From positions 32,001 through 96,000 of the IMG/VR virus record IMGVR_UViG_3300021471_000006: 64,000 nucleotides of DNA, one strand, 5' to 3'. Position numbers and translations under genes: made by a program. Below are positions 28,823-38,109 of the stretch, piece after piece. The first letter of the stretch is position 1; every line of letters begins with the position of its first letter. The DNA is from a virus. A model generated the notes under the pieces. It searched no databases. It was not told where the DNA came from and was given only the letters and a program-made list of their open reading frames with translations.

Positions 28823-30370
28823 ATGATAAAAACATTTGATAAATTTGTATTGGAAAGCTTTATAAGGGAAACTATGAAAGCTTATACTTATAAATGGATA
28901 GACGACAACACCCTAGAATTTTATAAAAAAGACAAGGTTGTTGGAAAATATAAATTAGATAATACACGCATAGAAGCAAAAGGAAAAGTAATAGAGAAAT
29001 TTCTTAAAAACTTAATTAAACAAAAAGAAGAGGCAGATAAGAACAAACTAACAAAACAGAAAGCCGCAAAAAGTGTATTCAAAACAATTTATAACGATTT
29101 GAATAGCTACAACGGACTTGCAGATAATTATATTATGTTTGACCTTATGAATAAACAGTTTAAAAAAATAGGGGTTGAAGAGGTCATAATTAGAAAAACA
29201 ATAAATTCAAATAATCTAGCGCCTAAGAAAATAACTTTAAATATGGACGGAAATCCACAAGAAAGAATAAGCGTTTACAATGATGAAGGATATTATACTA
29301 GATTAAGGGATTTTCTGTTTGCAGAATACGAACACGACGTTAAGGAAAAATCTAGTTTTTATGTTTCTAACAAGCCGAAGTGGCTTTTTCAAGCCGAGAA
29401 CGAGAAAATAAAAGATATTAAACTCCGAAATATGTTAGTTGGAAGATATTATCTGGAAAGAAACTTTATACATTTGTACTTTAATCCGTTTTTAGTTAAA
29501 AAAATTCTTCCATTAGGGTCCGTTATGCCAAAGATATTTATAGAGTTATTTAAGGAGTTACAAAAACTAAATATTAAGGTACGAGATACCTCAAGTTTCT
29601 CTAAAAAAATGTTTGTTGCAACATTTTTAGAAGGTTCCAGAAAAAGACTAAAAAGACTAATTCAGGATAAAAAAGATAATATAAATAGAATAAGTGATAG
29701 AGAAACCCAAATTAGATTAGCCTTAGAAAGGCTTGCAGAGATAGAAGAAGAAACCGCTTTTATTGAAAAGAATATTCGTATGAAAGGAAAAGGAATGCTT
29801 AAGGAACTAGACACAGTTAGAAAGCTAAAATTCATAAAAGATTTAAAAATGGGCACAGATTACATAGAATTAAAATATGTTCCCACAACTTTAACTTTCT
29901 CTGATTTTAAACGTTCAGATAGGGGAAAGGGATATGGGAAGAGAACAATTTATCTAGGAGAGATAACTGCAAGAATAACTCCCGGAAGTTTCACTATTAA
30001 AAACTCAATTAATATAGACAGAGGCGGACACGCACATTCTCACGCAGACGGAAATCCCGGAAGTCCCTGTTTTGGTAGTGGGGGTGGAAGAAATAAAATA
30101 TATGAACTGCTTTCCCAAAACAAGTTTACCGAACTTGCCAAGATACTTTGGTTTTGGATTAAAACCCACAGAAACGAAGGTGCATATGTGAAGATGTGGA
30201 CTATTTATGACTATATGTTGAGCAACGGTTATCCTGTTTGGGACGAAAAGGGCAACAGAATTAAAATTAATGACGCAAAGAGGCTGAAATCCAAAGAGCA
30301 AAGAAAGTTAGATAAGTCCTCAAAATATGCGACTAATATAAAGAAATTCGCCGATTTCAAATTGGTGTAA
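28823..30370 (+). CDS. coiled-coil plus prokaryotic E2-like (UBC-fold) domain
   Basis: C-terminal IYLGEITARI...HAHSHADGNPGSPCFG resembles the E2 HPx...C active site; lies between Ubl and JAB. Confidence 0.6.
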   Translation: MIKTFDKFVLESFIRETMKAYTYKWIDDNTLEFYKKDKVVGKYKLDNTRIEAKGKVIEKFLKNLIKQKEEADKNKLTKQKAAKSVFKTIYNDLNSYNGLADNYIMFDLMNKQFKKIGVEEVIIRKTINSNNLAPKKITLNMDGNPQERISVYNDEGYYTRLRDFLFAEYEHDVKEKSSFYVSNKPKWLFQAENEKIKDIKLRNMLVGRYYLERNFIHLYFNPFLVKKILPLGSVMPKIFIELFKELQKLNIKVRDTSSFSKKMFVATFLEGSRKRLKRLIQDKKDNINRISDRETQIRLALERLAEIEEETAFIEKNIRMKGKGMLKELDTVRKLKFIKDLKMGTDYIELKYVPTTLTFSDFKRSDRGKGYGKRTIYLGEITARITPGSFTIKNSINIDRGGHAHSHADGNPGSPCFGSGGGRNKIYELLSQNKFTELAKILWFWIKTHRNEGAYVKMWTIYDYMLSNGYPVWDEKGNRIKINDAKRLKSKEQRKLDKSSKYATNIKKFADFKLV

Positions 30371-30385
30371 ATGGAGGGAATTTAA

Positions 30386-31807
30386 ATGGAATATAAAGCA
30401 AAAGTAGTTTTGTCCTATGATGTATATAGGAGAATAAAGTGGCTAACTCACAATTTCGATAAGGAGATAGCTGCGGTGGGGACCGGAAAAATCCGAAAAA
30501 ATGTCAATGACGAGGAGAAACATTTTTACATAAGTAAATTATATTTTCCAAATCAGAAAGTTACCGGAGCAAGTGTCCACATTACACAAGAAATGTGGGG
30601 AGATATTATCAAGAAAGTTCCTAAAGAAGAGTGGGGAGATATATGCTTCTATTGGCATAAACATCCCGGAAGTGCAAGTCATTCATCCGTAGATGAAGAA
30701 GATACATTTGAAACTTTTATGTCTCCAGAGGCGGGACGTAAGTGGTTTGTTTTCTTGCAAACGGCGGCAAAAGGAGAAGATAGTATGGATATAGAATTAA
30801 GAATAGAATTGAGAGAGCCCATTAGAGCAACTCTTTTAGGTAAATCTGTTACTAAATTAACTTATGAGATAACAAAAGAAGAACTTAAACTTAGGGACAA
30901 GATAGAGAAACTACAGGAGAAAATTGAGGAATTAAGAAACAAACCAAATGAAAGACTAAAGAAGGAGTTGGAAGAAATAATAGAGAATTGTGTAGAGAAG
31001 GACGATTTCTGGAATAAAGATAATTCATATAGAAGAGGCAACTATTATAATTCTTCAAGAGGTCCGCCACCGGAAGACTCCGATATTATAGCATTAAGAT
31101 TACTCTTTGAGAAAGGAGAACAAAATTCAGAGTATATGAACAACGATACTCTTATGGGAGTTCCAACTAGAGATGAAGAAAAGGTTAGTATAGAATTTAA
31201 GAGTGGAGGAGTTTTAATAAAGGCTGGAAAGATGTTTCGTTCAGTTTTACAAAACGCCCTTAAACCGAAAGAAGGTAAATTGGCTAGTGTAGTCAAGAGG
31301 TTTACAATAATAGAGCCAAAAGAAAGTAAAATATTTTACACATACAAACTACAACCAATGAAAAAGGCGTATAAAGTCTTAAAGACAGTAATGAAAAGGC
31401 TATTTATAGCTTATAATGACGCCCTATTAGCTAAATGGGAGAATGAGGGAAGACTGGAGACCCCAAAGAGTGAGCCCCAGAAAATAGAAACGAAAAAGAA
31501 TTTTAAGAAGCCTTTAACTTTAACTCTAAAGAACACACCATTAATAAATGATGTTCTTTCCGAATTAGAAATGGTTGCGGACTTGGATTGGACAAGTAAA
31601 AGATATGCTATCGCATATCAGAGAGGAGAAAAGAAGAATAATAAGTTTGTTCTGGGGTCAGTCTTTAATACCGAACATACTTTGTTAATCTCGGGCGACG
31701 ATATTGTTTCAATTACTAATGCTATAATAGCCGAGCTCTCCGAACAAAAAAATTATTCAGGTGATAAAGTTGAAGAAAAACCAAAAGCAAGAGCAAAAGC
31801 TTCCTGA
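30386..31807 (+). CDS. JAB/MPN+ metallo-isopeptidase with a long C-terminal extension
   Basis: KEIAAVG (catalytic E), YWHKHPG...SSVDEE (HxH-x7-S-x2-D). Confidence 0.82.
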   Translation: MEYKAKVVLSYDVYRRIKWLTHNFDKEIAAVGTGKIRKNVNDEEKHFYISKLYFPNQKVTGASVHITQEMWGDIIKKVPKEEWGDICFYWHKHPGSASHSSVDEEDTFETFMSPEAGRKWFVFLQTAAKGEDSMDIELRIELREPIRATLLGKSVTKLTYEITKEELKLRDKIEKLQEKIEELRNKPNERLKKELEEIIENCVEKDDFWNKDNSYRRGNYYNSSRGPPPEDSDIIALRLLFEKGEQNSEYMNNDTLMGVPTRDEEKVSIEFKSGGVLIKAGKMFRSVLQNALKPKEGKLASVVKRFTIIEPKESKIFYTYKLQPMKKAYKVLKTVMKRLFIAYNDALLAKWENEGRLETPKSEPQKIETKKNFKKPLTLTLKNTPLINDVLSELEMVADLDWTSKRYAIAYQRGEKKNNKFVLGSVFNTEHTLLISGDDIVSITNAIIAELSEQKNYSGDKVEEKPKARAKAS

Positions 31808-32693
31808 AACAAACGAACAAAACGAATTAAATCTCTCAAGGCAAAGTAAACTAATTCCAAAAGATAAAATAACCCAATATACATTAAAAGTATTTGGTGT
31901 AGGAAGTATTGGTAGTCATTTTGTCAAAACGGCTGCAAAGACAGGATTTACTAATATTGAAGTCTTTGATACCGATATTGTGGAAGAAGAAAACATTGCC
32001 GCCCAAGCATTTGACTTTAGACATATTGGAATGAAGAAAGTTGAGGCTATGAAAGAGATAGTTCTTGAAGGAGCGGGAGTTGAGATAATAGCAACTCACG
32101 GAACAGTAACAAAAGAAACAGATATAGTTCCGGAACCAAATACTATTTATTGTTGTTTCTTTGATAGTATGGAGGGAAGAAAAATAGTATTTGAAAAAGT
32201 CAAAGATTTTCCTGTAGTCTTCGTGGACGGAAGAATAGGAAGATATGATATGCGACATTATCTAGTAGATTGTTCCGACAAAAACGAGGTACAAATATAT
32301 GGAGATACACTAAACGTTAAAGGCGTTTCAGATTTGGCTTGTGGAGAGAAAGCAAGTGCGCCCATAAATGTCCAGATAGCAGGAATGATAGTAATGAATA
32401 TAGTGAACTTTATTTCGGGTAAAGATTACACTAAAAGATTTATCGGCAATGCAGCCACTCCTAAAACATCAATCCATATTTTAGAAATTAAGGAGAAAAA
32501 AGAAGAACTATTATATGACGTATCTCAAGAAATAGAGGAAGAAATCTCATTAGAACTAGATGATGATGAATTCCCTTTAGCAGAACTAGTAGCTGATAAT
32601 ACCGATGAAGTTAAAGAGGATGAAGATAATGAAACAGAAGACGAAGAAGAGGCTAATGAAATCGAAGAAGAACCTATCGAAGAAGAACATTGA
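31761..32693 (+). CDS. ThiF/E1-like adenylating enzyme with an acidic tail
   Basis: LSRQSKL, VFGVGSIGS, FDTDIVEEENIAAQ, KKVEA, FDSMEGR, VDGR, candidate catalytic Cys in LACGEK. Confidence 0.9.
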   Translation: MIKLKKNQKQEQKLPETNEQNELNLSRQSKLIPKDKITQYTLKVFGVGSIGSHFVKTAAKTGFTNIEVFDTDIVEEENIAAQAFDFRHIGMKKVEAMKEIVLEGAGVEIIATHGTVTKETDIVPEPNTIYCCFFDSMEGRKIVFEKVKDFPVVFVDGRIGRYDMRHYLVDCSDKNEVQIYGDTLNVKGVSDLACGEKASAPINVQIAGMIVMNIVNFISGKDYTKRFIGNAATPKTSIHILEIKEKKEELLYDVSQEIEEEISLELDDDEFPLAELVADNTDEVKEDEDNETEDEEEANEIEEEPIEEEH

Positions 32694-32700
32694 GGAAGAT

Positions 32701-33030
32701 ATGTTTTTACTTTCTGTTTGGGAAAAATATGAGAGCAAATATAAGGGACTCCATTGTCCGGAATGTGAGGCACAAATAAGTGAAAAACTAGTTAATGATT
32801 ATGATATGTTCACCTGTCCAAAGTGCGATACTAGAATAGAGGTTGTAAACAGAGATACCGAACATTTAATTTCAATAAAAGATTTTAGTAATAAACCAAT
32901 ATCACAGTGCCTGCAATGTGAAAGACTTATAACAGAGGAAATGGCTATTCAAGACGTATTTTATTGTGTGTGTGGTGCCCAACTACTTGTTGTTTCACGA
33001 GACCCTTTTGAGATAGCAACATACTTATAG
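32701..33030 (+). CDS. tandem LysW-like zinc-ribbon protein
   Basis: CPECEAQI...CPKCDTRIEVVNRD and CLQC...CVCGAQLLVVSRDPFEI. Confidence 0.65.
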   Translation: MFLLSVWEKYESKYKGLHCPECEAQISEKLVNDYDMFTCPKCDTRIEVVNRDTEHLISIKDFSNKPISQCLQCERLITEEMAIQDVFYCVCGAQLLVVSRDPFEIATYL

Positions 33031-33039
33031 GTGATATGA

Positions 33040-33318
33040 ATGGAGAAAAAAGATTTTTTAAAGCTAGTTTCAAAAATATATGAGGATAAATTTGAACAAT
33101 TAAAAGTAATGTCAAAGGATGGCTCAAAAGTATTTAATGTTGCAGGAATAAAAGTGGGTTGCCCGAGATGTGGAGTTTCTATGTATTGGAATAGTCCAAG
33201 ACCGGGAGATGTTCAAGCCTGTAAACAATGTTATTTTGAATTTAAATGTATAAGTATTAATCCATTTAAAATTGAACTCACAGAAGAATGGGCAAGTTTC
33301 CAAAAATATTGGGAGTAG
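33040..33318 (+). CDS. LysW-like zinc-ribbon protein
   Basis: CPRCG...PGDVQACKQC...ISINPFKIEL. Confidence 0.6.
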   Translation: MEKKDFLKLVSKIYEDKFEQLKVMSKDGSKVFNVAGIKVGCPRCGVSMYWNSPRPGDVQACKQCYFEFKCISINPFKIELTEEWASFQKYWE

Positions 33319-33330
33319 GTGAAAAACAAA

Positions 33331-33654
33331 ATGGCTTACTATTGTGAAAATTGTGATAATGCCGAAGAGTTTGAAGTGTGGGCAGAATTTACTGAGTGGG
33401 GAACAGAACAACTCTTTATAGATGGAGAGGGCTCTATCCAAGATTATGGAGAGAGAGAAACCTCGGACTCCGAGAGTGGAGAATGGGGTCCGGTGGAATG
33501 TAGTAGATGTGGAGAAGAGGCAGAAGAATTAACCGATGAGGAAATAATGGAGATTAGAAACAGGGGAAGAGAGCCAGAAGAAGAGGTGCCCAGAGTGACG
33601 CCGGATAAACGGAAAAATTGGAAAAATATAATAGAGGGTAATGAAAAATCGTAA
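33331..33654 (+). CDS. acidic zinc-finger protein with W-box
   Basis: CENC...CSRC; KRKNWKNIIE. Confidence 0.65.
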   Translation: MAYYCENCDNAEEFEVWAEFTEWGTEQLFIDGEGSIQDYGERETSDSESGEWGPVECSRCGEEAEELTDEEIMEIRNRGREPEEEVPRVTPDKRKNWKNIIEGNEKS

Positions 33655-33680
33655 AAAAACACTCTTCGGATAGAGAACTT

Positions 33681-33878
33681 TTGAAATTAGTGGAAGATTT
33701 TTATATTTTGAGATTTTCGGATGACTGGGTAATTTGTCCCTTTTGTGAAACAGAGTTAGAATTTAAAAAGGAAGAATTGCCTATTGAGTTAGGCGACACA
33801 TTTAATTGCCCGAGTTGTGGAATAGGTTTGGAAATTGTAGAACTGACACCATTAGAGGCTGAACCGATTTTTGATTAG
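33681..33878 (+). CDS. LysW-like zinc-ribbon protein
   Basis: CPFCETEL...ELGDTFNCPSCGIGLEIVELTPLEAE. Confidence 0.65.
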   Translation: MKLVEDFYILRFSDDWVICPFCETELEFKKEELPIELGDTFNCPSCGIGLEIVELTPLEAEPIFD

Positions 33879-34554
33879 ATAATAATACTTGAGATTATGC
33901 AAAAAAACACCATATTAGGGTTAAAAAGAACAAAGCCTTGCTCTGATGGGTTTGTTTGCCGACACGAAAACATATTAGGGGAAGAAAATTTCAGAGCAAT
34001 ATGCCTAATGTGTGGATACGGAGCCTATTGTGTTTTTGCAAGATAATTTCAGGTTAAAAATGTGGTGGTAATACTATGAAAAAAATAGAAATGAAAAATA
34101 AGGAAGATTTAGAACTCCTTTCAAGAGTTCTTGATGTGCCCATAAAAAGTTGTGTAATATTTGAGAATATAGTATTTACTCTGACAGAGGAAGCAGAATT
34201 AGACAAGCAAATTTCTGAGGAAGACTTAGACGACCTAGTTGATAGACATTCTAAAATGTTAGACGAGTTTGAAGAGGAAGAAGATTCCCAAAAAGAAATT
34301 AAAACCTTATCTATTTAAAATGCCACAGATAAATATACAGTTAGGAGAAATTACTGCTATAATTAATTTTGAAAGTGATAAGGAATTAAATAAAGATGAG
34401 AAAATTAAGATAATTAAGATTTTAAGAGGGGAAATATTAACAATTTTGAAACTAAAGAGAGAGTTCCCCTATCTCACACTTAAAAGCAATGGAACATTAA
34501 TATGGGACGGAGAAAAATATCTATCTAGACCGGGTGTCTTTGGAGGAATTTATT

Positions 34555-34809
34555 ATGAATAAAATAAATTGGAAAAAACAGTTAGAACTTCCGTCTGTAG
34601 GAGATATATATAGACTAAAAATAGCTATTGATATATCTGAATGGAGTTTTAATCCCGGAGAAGAAGGTTATTTTGAAAATTTGTGGATAGTACAAAGTAC
34701 TAACGCTCCGGGCAAAGTTGCCCGTATTGAACTAACAGATATGAAAAATAAAGAAATAGTATGGTGGGTTTCATTAAAGTTTCTAAAGAAAAATTTTGTT
34801 AAAACATAA
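34555..34809 (+). CDS. SH3-like protein with an N-terminal W-box
   Basis: MNKINWKKQLELPSVGDIYRL. Confidence 0.6.
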   Translation: MNKINWKKQLELPSVGDIYRLKIAIDISEWSFNPGEEGYFENLWIVQSTNAPGKVARIELTDMKNKEIVWWVSLKFLKKNFVKT

Positions 34810-34828
34810 CCTTTGTCCTATAAAAAAT

Positions 34829-34843
34829 CGAAACATTTATAAA
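34829..34843 (+). promoter_or_regulatory. archaeal BRE-TATA promoter
   Basis: CGAAACATTTATAAA. Confidence 0.75.
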
Positions 34844-35003
34844 GATTAATAGACTAAAAGAGAATAGAGATTAAAAATGAAAACTTTAACAAAAGAGGAA
34901 CTAGATAAAATGCTTGGACTAATACCTACACAATTCTGCGATAATGTTAAGCTTGCCGAATTGTGGCTACCTGTAATAGTAAAATACGCTTAAGGAGAAC
35001 AAT

Positions 35004-35186
35004 ATGGTATCAATAGCACCCGCCAAAAGCAGTAGAACAACCTGCAAGATATGTAAAAAGAAAATTAAAAAAGGAGAATTAAGAGCAACTTATACAAGTT
35101 GGAGAGTTGGATATTATCCGTCTAATAGTTATAAATGTTATGAATGTTATAGAGGGCCGATTAGTTGGAAAGAAAGAATAGGTTAA
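35004..35186 (+). CDS. PARP-type zinc-finger protein with W-box
   Basis: PAKSSRTTCKICKKKIKKGELR...CYEC; PISWKERIG. Confidence 0.72.
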   Translation: MVSIAPAKSSRTTCKICKKKIKKGELRATYTSWRVGYYPSNSYKCYECYRGPISWKERIG

Positions 35187-35187
35187 A

Positions 35188-35430
35188 ATGAAAACTCCAA
35201 AATTTAAAGTAGGAGATTTGCTCAGATGTAAAAAAATTCGAATAAAAAATGACTATGCTGGAGAGGGATATGAAGAAGGTCTTATTATTAAGGTTGAAGA
35301 AGTTGTTGTATATTCAGATGTGGTTGTATATTTTCCCGGGAAAAACGGTGACGGGGTTTTTGAACGTTTTTTAGAATATGATAAAATAAATAATTGGAGG
35401 CAAGTAATATGTCAGAAGGAAAAGAATTGA
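35188..35430 (+). CDS. SH3-like protein with W-box
   Basis: KFKVGDLLR...KINNWRQVIC. Confidence 0.7.
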   Translation: MKTPKFKVGDLLRCKKIRIKNDYAGEGYEEGLIIKVEEVVVYSDVVVYFPGKNGDGVFERFLEYDKINNWRQVICQKEKN

Positions 35431-36353
35431 AAGTTGCTTTAAAGGAAGAGCCTTTAAAGCCACAGAAAAGATTAAGCCCCACAAGTATTAATACTTACTT
35501 TGAATGTCCTAGAAAGTATTTTTATACTTATATAGCTAAAATTAAGATAAAACCTAGTATTCACTTGGTAAAGGGAATGGTAGTGCATAAAGCACTAGAA
35601 GATTTCTTTAGAGGTTACAGAAAGAATTTAGAAGAACATATGGTTAAGAGGCTGGAAAACGCTTGGAAAAAACATTATAAAGACCTTAGAGATTTGGAAT
35701 TACCAGCTGAGGAACTGGAAACGGCAAAAGAAGATTGTTTAGGAATGGTAACAGAATATTACATCGCCTTAGATAGAAAGATGAAGATGTTACAAAAAGT
35801 AGGAAAAGCAAGTAACGAGGCACACGCATATTACTTATTGAAGCCCAAGTTCAGAGAACTTTGGATAGAAGATAAGGACTTGCATTTGTGTGGATATATA
35901 GACAGAGTACATCAGGACTATGACGGAATAGTAACACTTGGAGATTACAAAACAAGCAGTAAATACGGTGTGGGATTAGAAAGCAAATATAAAAGACAAT
36001 TAGCCTTATACTCTCTTCTGTACGCAAATAAAGAGAAGAGTTTGCCCCACTATGTTGCAGTTATTTTTCTGCGATATGGAGAGGAATACCTTCTCGAGGT
36101 GACACCATCGCTCCTAAAATTAGCACGTGAAACTGTTAGATATGTTTACGGGCATACTCGTTCTGTTGATATAGAAGACTATCCCCTTAAGGAGGGGAAG
36201 TTATGTCGGTGGTGCACCTTTAATAAGATTTGCTCTGGAGAGGAAGAATGGGAGAAAGTTCTGAGGGAGCAGAAACTAAAGAAAATTGTAGAGGAACGAG
36301 AGAAAAAAGAAAAGAAAGAAAAATCTAAAAAGGTAGAGGAAGATGTTTTATGA
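35409..36353 (+). CDS. Cas4/RecB-like PD-(D/E)XK exonuclease with Fe-S cysteines
   Basis: LSPTSINTYFECPRK, G..VHKALE, GYIDRV, DYKTS, QLALY, CRWC...C. Confidence 0.88.
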   Translation: MSEGKELKVALKEEPLKPQKRLSPTSINTYFECPRKYFYTYIAKIKIKPSIHLVKGMVVHKALEDFFRGYRKNLEEHMVKRLENAWKKHYKDLRDLELPAEELETAKEDCLGMVTEYYIALDRKMKMLQKVGKASNEAHAYYLLKPKFRELWIEDKDLHLCGYIDRVHQDYDGIVTLGDYKTSSKYGVGLESKYKRQLALYSLLYANKEKSLPHYVAVIFLRYGEEYLLEVTPSLLKLARETVRYVYGHTRSVDIEDYPLKEGKLCRWCTFNKICSGEEEWEKVLREQKLKKIVEEREKKEKKEKSKKVEEDVL

Positions 36354-36543
36354 CCAAATGACCATTACTGTAATGTGGTGGCTTATCTTTTCAGGAATGA
36401 TATTTTGGATATTAATACTTTCAGTATTAATAGAAGAATATAAATATGAATTAAAGGAATATTGGAATATCCTTTGTTCATTACTCAAACTTTGGAAGAA
36501 AAGACCCGAGAAAATTAAATCGTGGAGGAAGAGAATAGAATGA
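36343..36543 (+). CDS. small membrane protein with W-box
   Basis: One transmembrane segment; EKIKSWRKRIE. Confidence 0.6.
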   Translation: MFYDQMTITVMWWLIFSGMIFWILILSVLIEEYKYELKEYWNILCSLLKLWKKRPEKIKSWRKRIE

Positions 36544-36833
36544 AATTCAAAGTTGGAGATAAAGTAAATGTTATAGATTATATAAATGTCGATATTTCAA
36601 CGGGGAGAATAGAGAAAGTGCCTGTTGAAGATATAGAATACCCCTGGGCAAAAGTAATAGAGGAGAAAATTGAATGTGAAATAAAAAACATTGAGAAAGA
36701 GGAGAACTATCCATATATTGTTAAGGTTTATATTCCAGAGGATGACGACTATTATAGTGAGGGTTTTACAGAAACGGAACTAGAGCATATTAAGATTAAA
36801 AATTGGAAACTAAAATTGGAAGGGCGTTTGTAA
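36540..36833 (+). CDS. SH3-like protein with W-box
   Basis: MKFKVGDKVN...KIKNWKLKLE. Confidence 0.68.
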   Translation: MKFKVGDKVNVIDYINVDISTGRIEKVPVEDIEYPWAKVIEEKIECEIKNIEKEENYPYIVKVYIPEDDDYYSEGFTETELEHIKIKNWKLKLEGRL

Positions 36834-36856
36834 TGCCCCAATAGTAAAATAAATGG

Positions 36857-36923
36857 GAGGAGTCTAGTTCAATAGGCAGAACATCTTGTTAGAAGGTTAA
36901 GGGTTCGAGTCCCTTGGCTCCTC
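36857..36923 (+). ncRNA. tRNA-like RNA with a truncated anticodon arm
   Basis: Acceptor GAGGAGTC/GGCTCCTC, D arm GTTC..GAAC, T arm AAGGG-TTCGAGT-CCCTT; only 16 nt between the D and T stems. Confidence 0.7.
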
Positions 36924-36950
36924 GCCTATCGATTTAGATTTTGGGGACAC

Positions 36951-37023
36951 GGGCTGTAGGTGAAGATGGCGTCACGCCCGCCTTGCAAGCGGGAGACGGG
37001 GAGTTCGAGTCTCCCACAGTCCA
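36951..37023 (+). tRNA. trnA: tRNA-Ala(UGC)
   Basis: Cloverleaf GGGCTGT/ACAGTCC with G3:U70, anticodon arm CCCGC-CTTGCAA-GCGGG, T arm GGGAG-TTCGAGT-CTCCC; CCA not encoded. Confidence 0.93.
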
Positions 37024-37040
37024 CTTTAGAGGTAAATAAA

Positions 37041-37568
37041 ATGATATGGTTCACCGCAGATTATCATCTCGGACACAAGAACATTATAAAGTATTGTGAA
37101 CGCCCTTTTAAGAATGTAAAGGAGATGGACAAAACTATTATAAGAAATCATAATTCACGAGTGAAACCAAACGATACGGTTTATTTTTTGGGAGACTTTT
37201 GTTTTAGAAACACTAATAAGGATAGAAAAGCAGAACGATACATTAAAAAACTTAACGGAAGATTTGTCTTTATAAGAGGTAACCACGATAACAATAACTC
37301 TTTAAAGACTAGACTTTATGCCTGTATAATAAATATGGGGAATATGTCCATTTTTTTAGTTCATAATCCTATAAATTATATGAAGAACTATCATATGACG
37401 TTTCACGGGCACGTTCACGGATTATGGAAGTTCAAATACGAAAAAGATAATCACCCGTTGGTAAATGTAGGCGTAGATGTATGGAACTTTATGCCTGTTA
37501 CGTTTAATGAGATTATGAAAGAGTTTCAAAGGTGGAAGAAAATAGAAAACCAATATTTAAAAAAATAG
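37041..37568 (+). CDS. calcineurin-like metallophosphoesterase
   Basis: ADYHLGH, LGDF, RGNHD, HGHVH, VNVGVDVWNF. Confidence 0.9.
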   Translation: MIWFTADYHLGHKNIIKYCERPFKNVKEMDKTIIRNHNSRVKPNDTVYFLGDFCFRNTNKDRKAERYIKKLNGRFVFIRGNHDNNNSLKTRLYACIINMGNMSIFLVHNPINYMKNYHMTFHGHVHGLWKFKYEKDNHPLVNVGVDVWNFMPVTFNEIMKEFQRWKKIENQYLKK

Positions 37569-38109
37569 AGGTGAAATACAAATGAAAAAGAAACATAAAA
37601 TACTAAAGTATGAACCCAGCAAATCTTGGAAATTTAGACAAGAGTGGGGACGAAAAGGCTATGAACTGATTAACATAACACCGCTTTGTGAAGCAAAATT
37701 AGGAGTCAGCGGAAGCTGTAACGACTTTAATGAACCCGATGAAAGCATACATCATATACAATTATGGTATAGGGACGAAGTAATAGCAAATATAGTAGAT
37801 GGAATAGAAATTATAGACGAAGATAAATATTGTTACTTTCTAACCGACAAATGGAAAGGAGACAAGATTTCGGATTTTATAATATTTAGAAAAGTGAGTA
37901 AACCAATATGAGAACAATTGAAGGATTTATGATAAAAGTTAGTTGCTCTAGATGTGGAACATATCTTTACACCCACGACGATATTAGAGGACTTAGACAA
38001 GAGTTAGAATTGTTTCCGCTTGTTTGTGGAAAATGTGGTTTTAATGAAAGAATAAAGGCAAGAACTGTTCATAGAAGAATACTAGACGGTGCTATGGTGG
38101 AGGCGTAAA

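Noticed and set aside
32701-33878. Lysine/arginine biosynthesis via LysW
   Set aside because: No EDWGE tail and no lysX/lysZ/lysY genes
35409-36353. CRISPR-Cas adaptation module
   Set aside because: Solo Cas4/RecB-like nuclease with no cas1, cas2 or array; common in archaeal viruses
36960-37040. N-terminal extension of the phosphoesterase ORF
   Set aside because: Overlaps tRNA-Ala; the real start is ATG 37041 with a GAGGT SD
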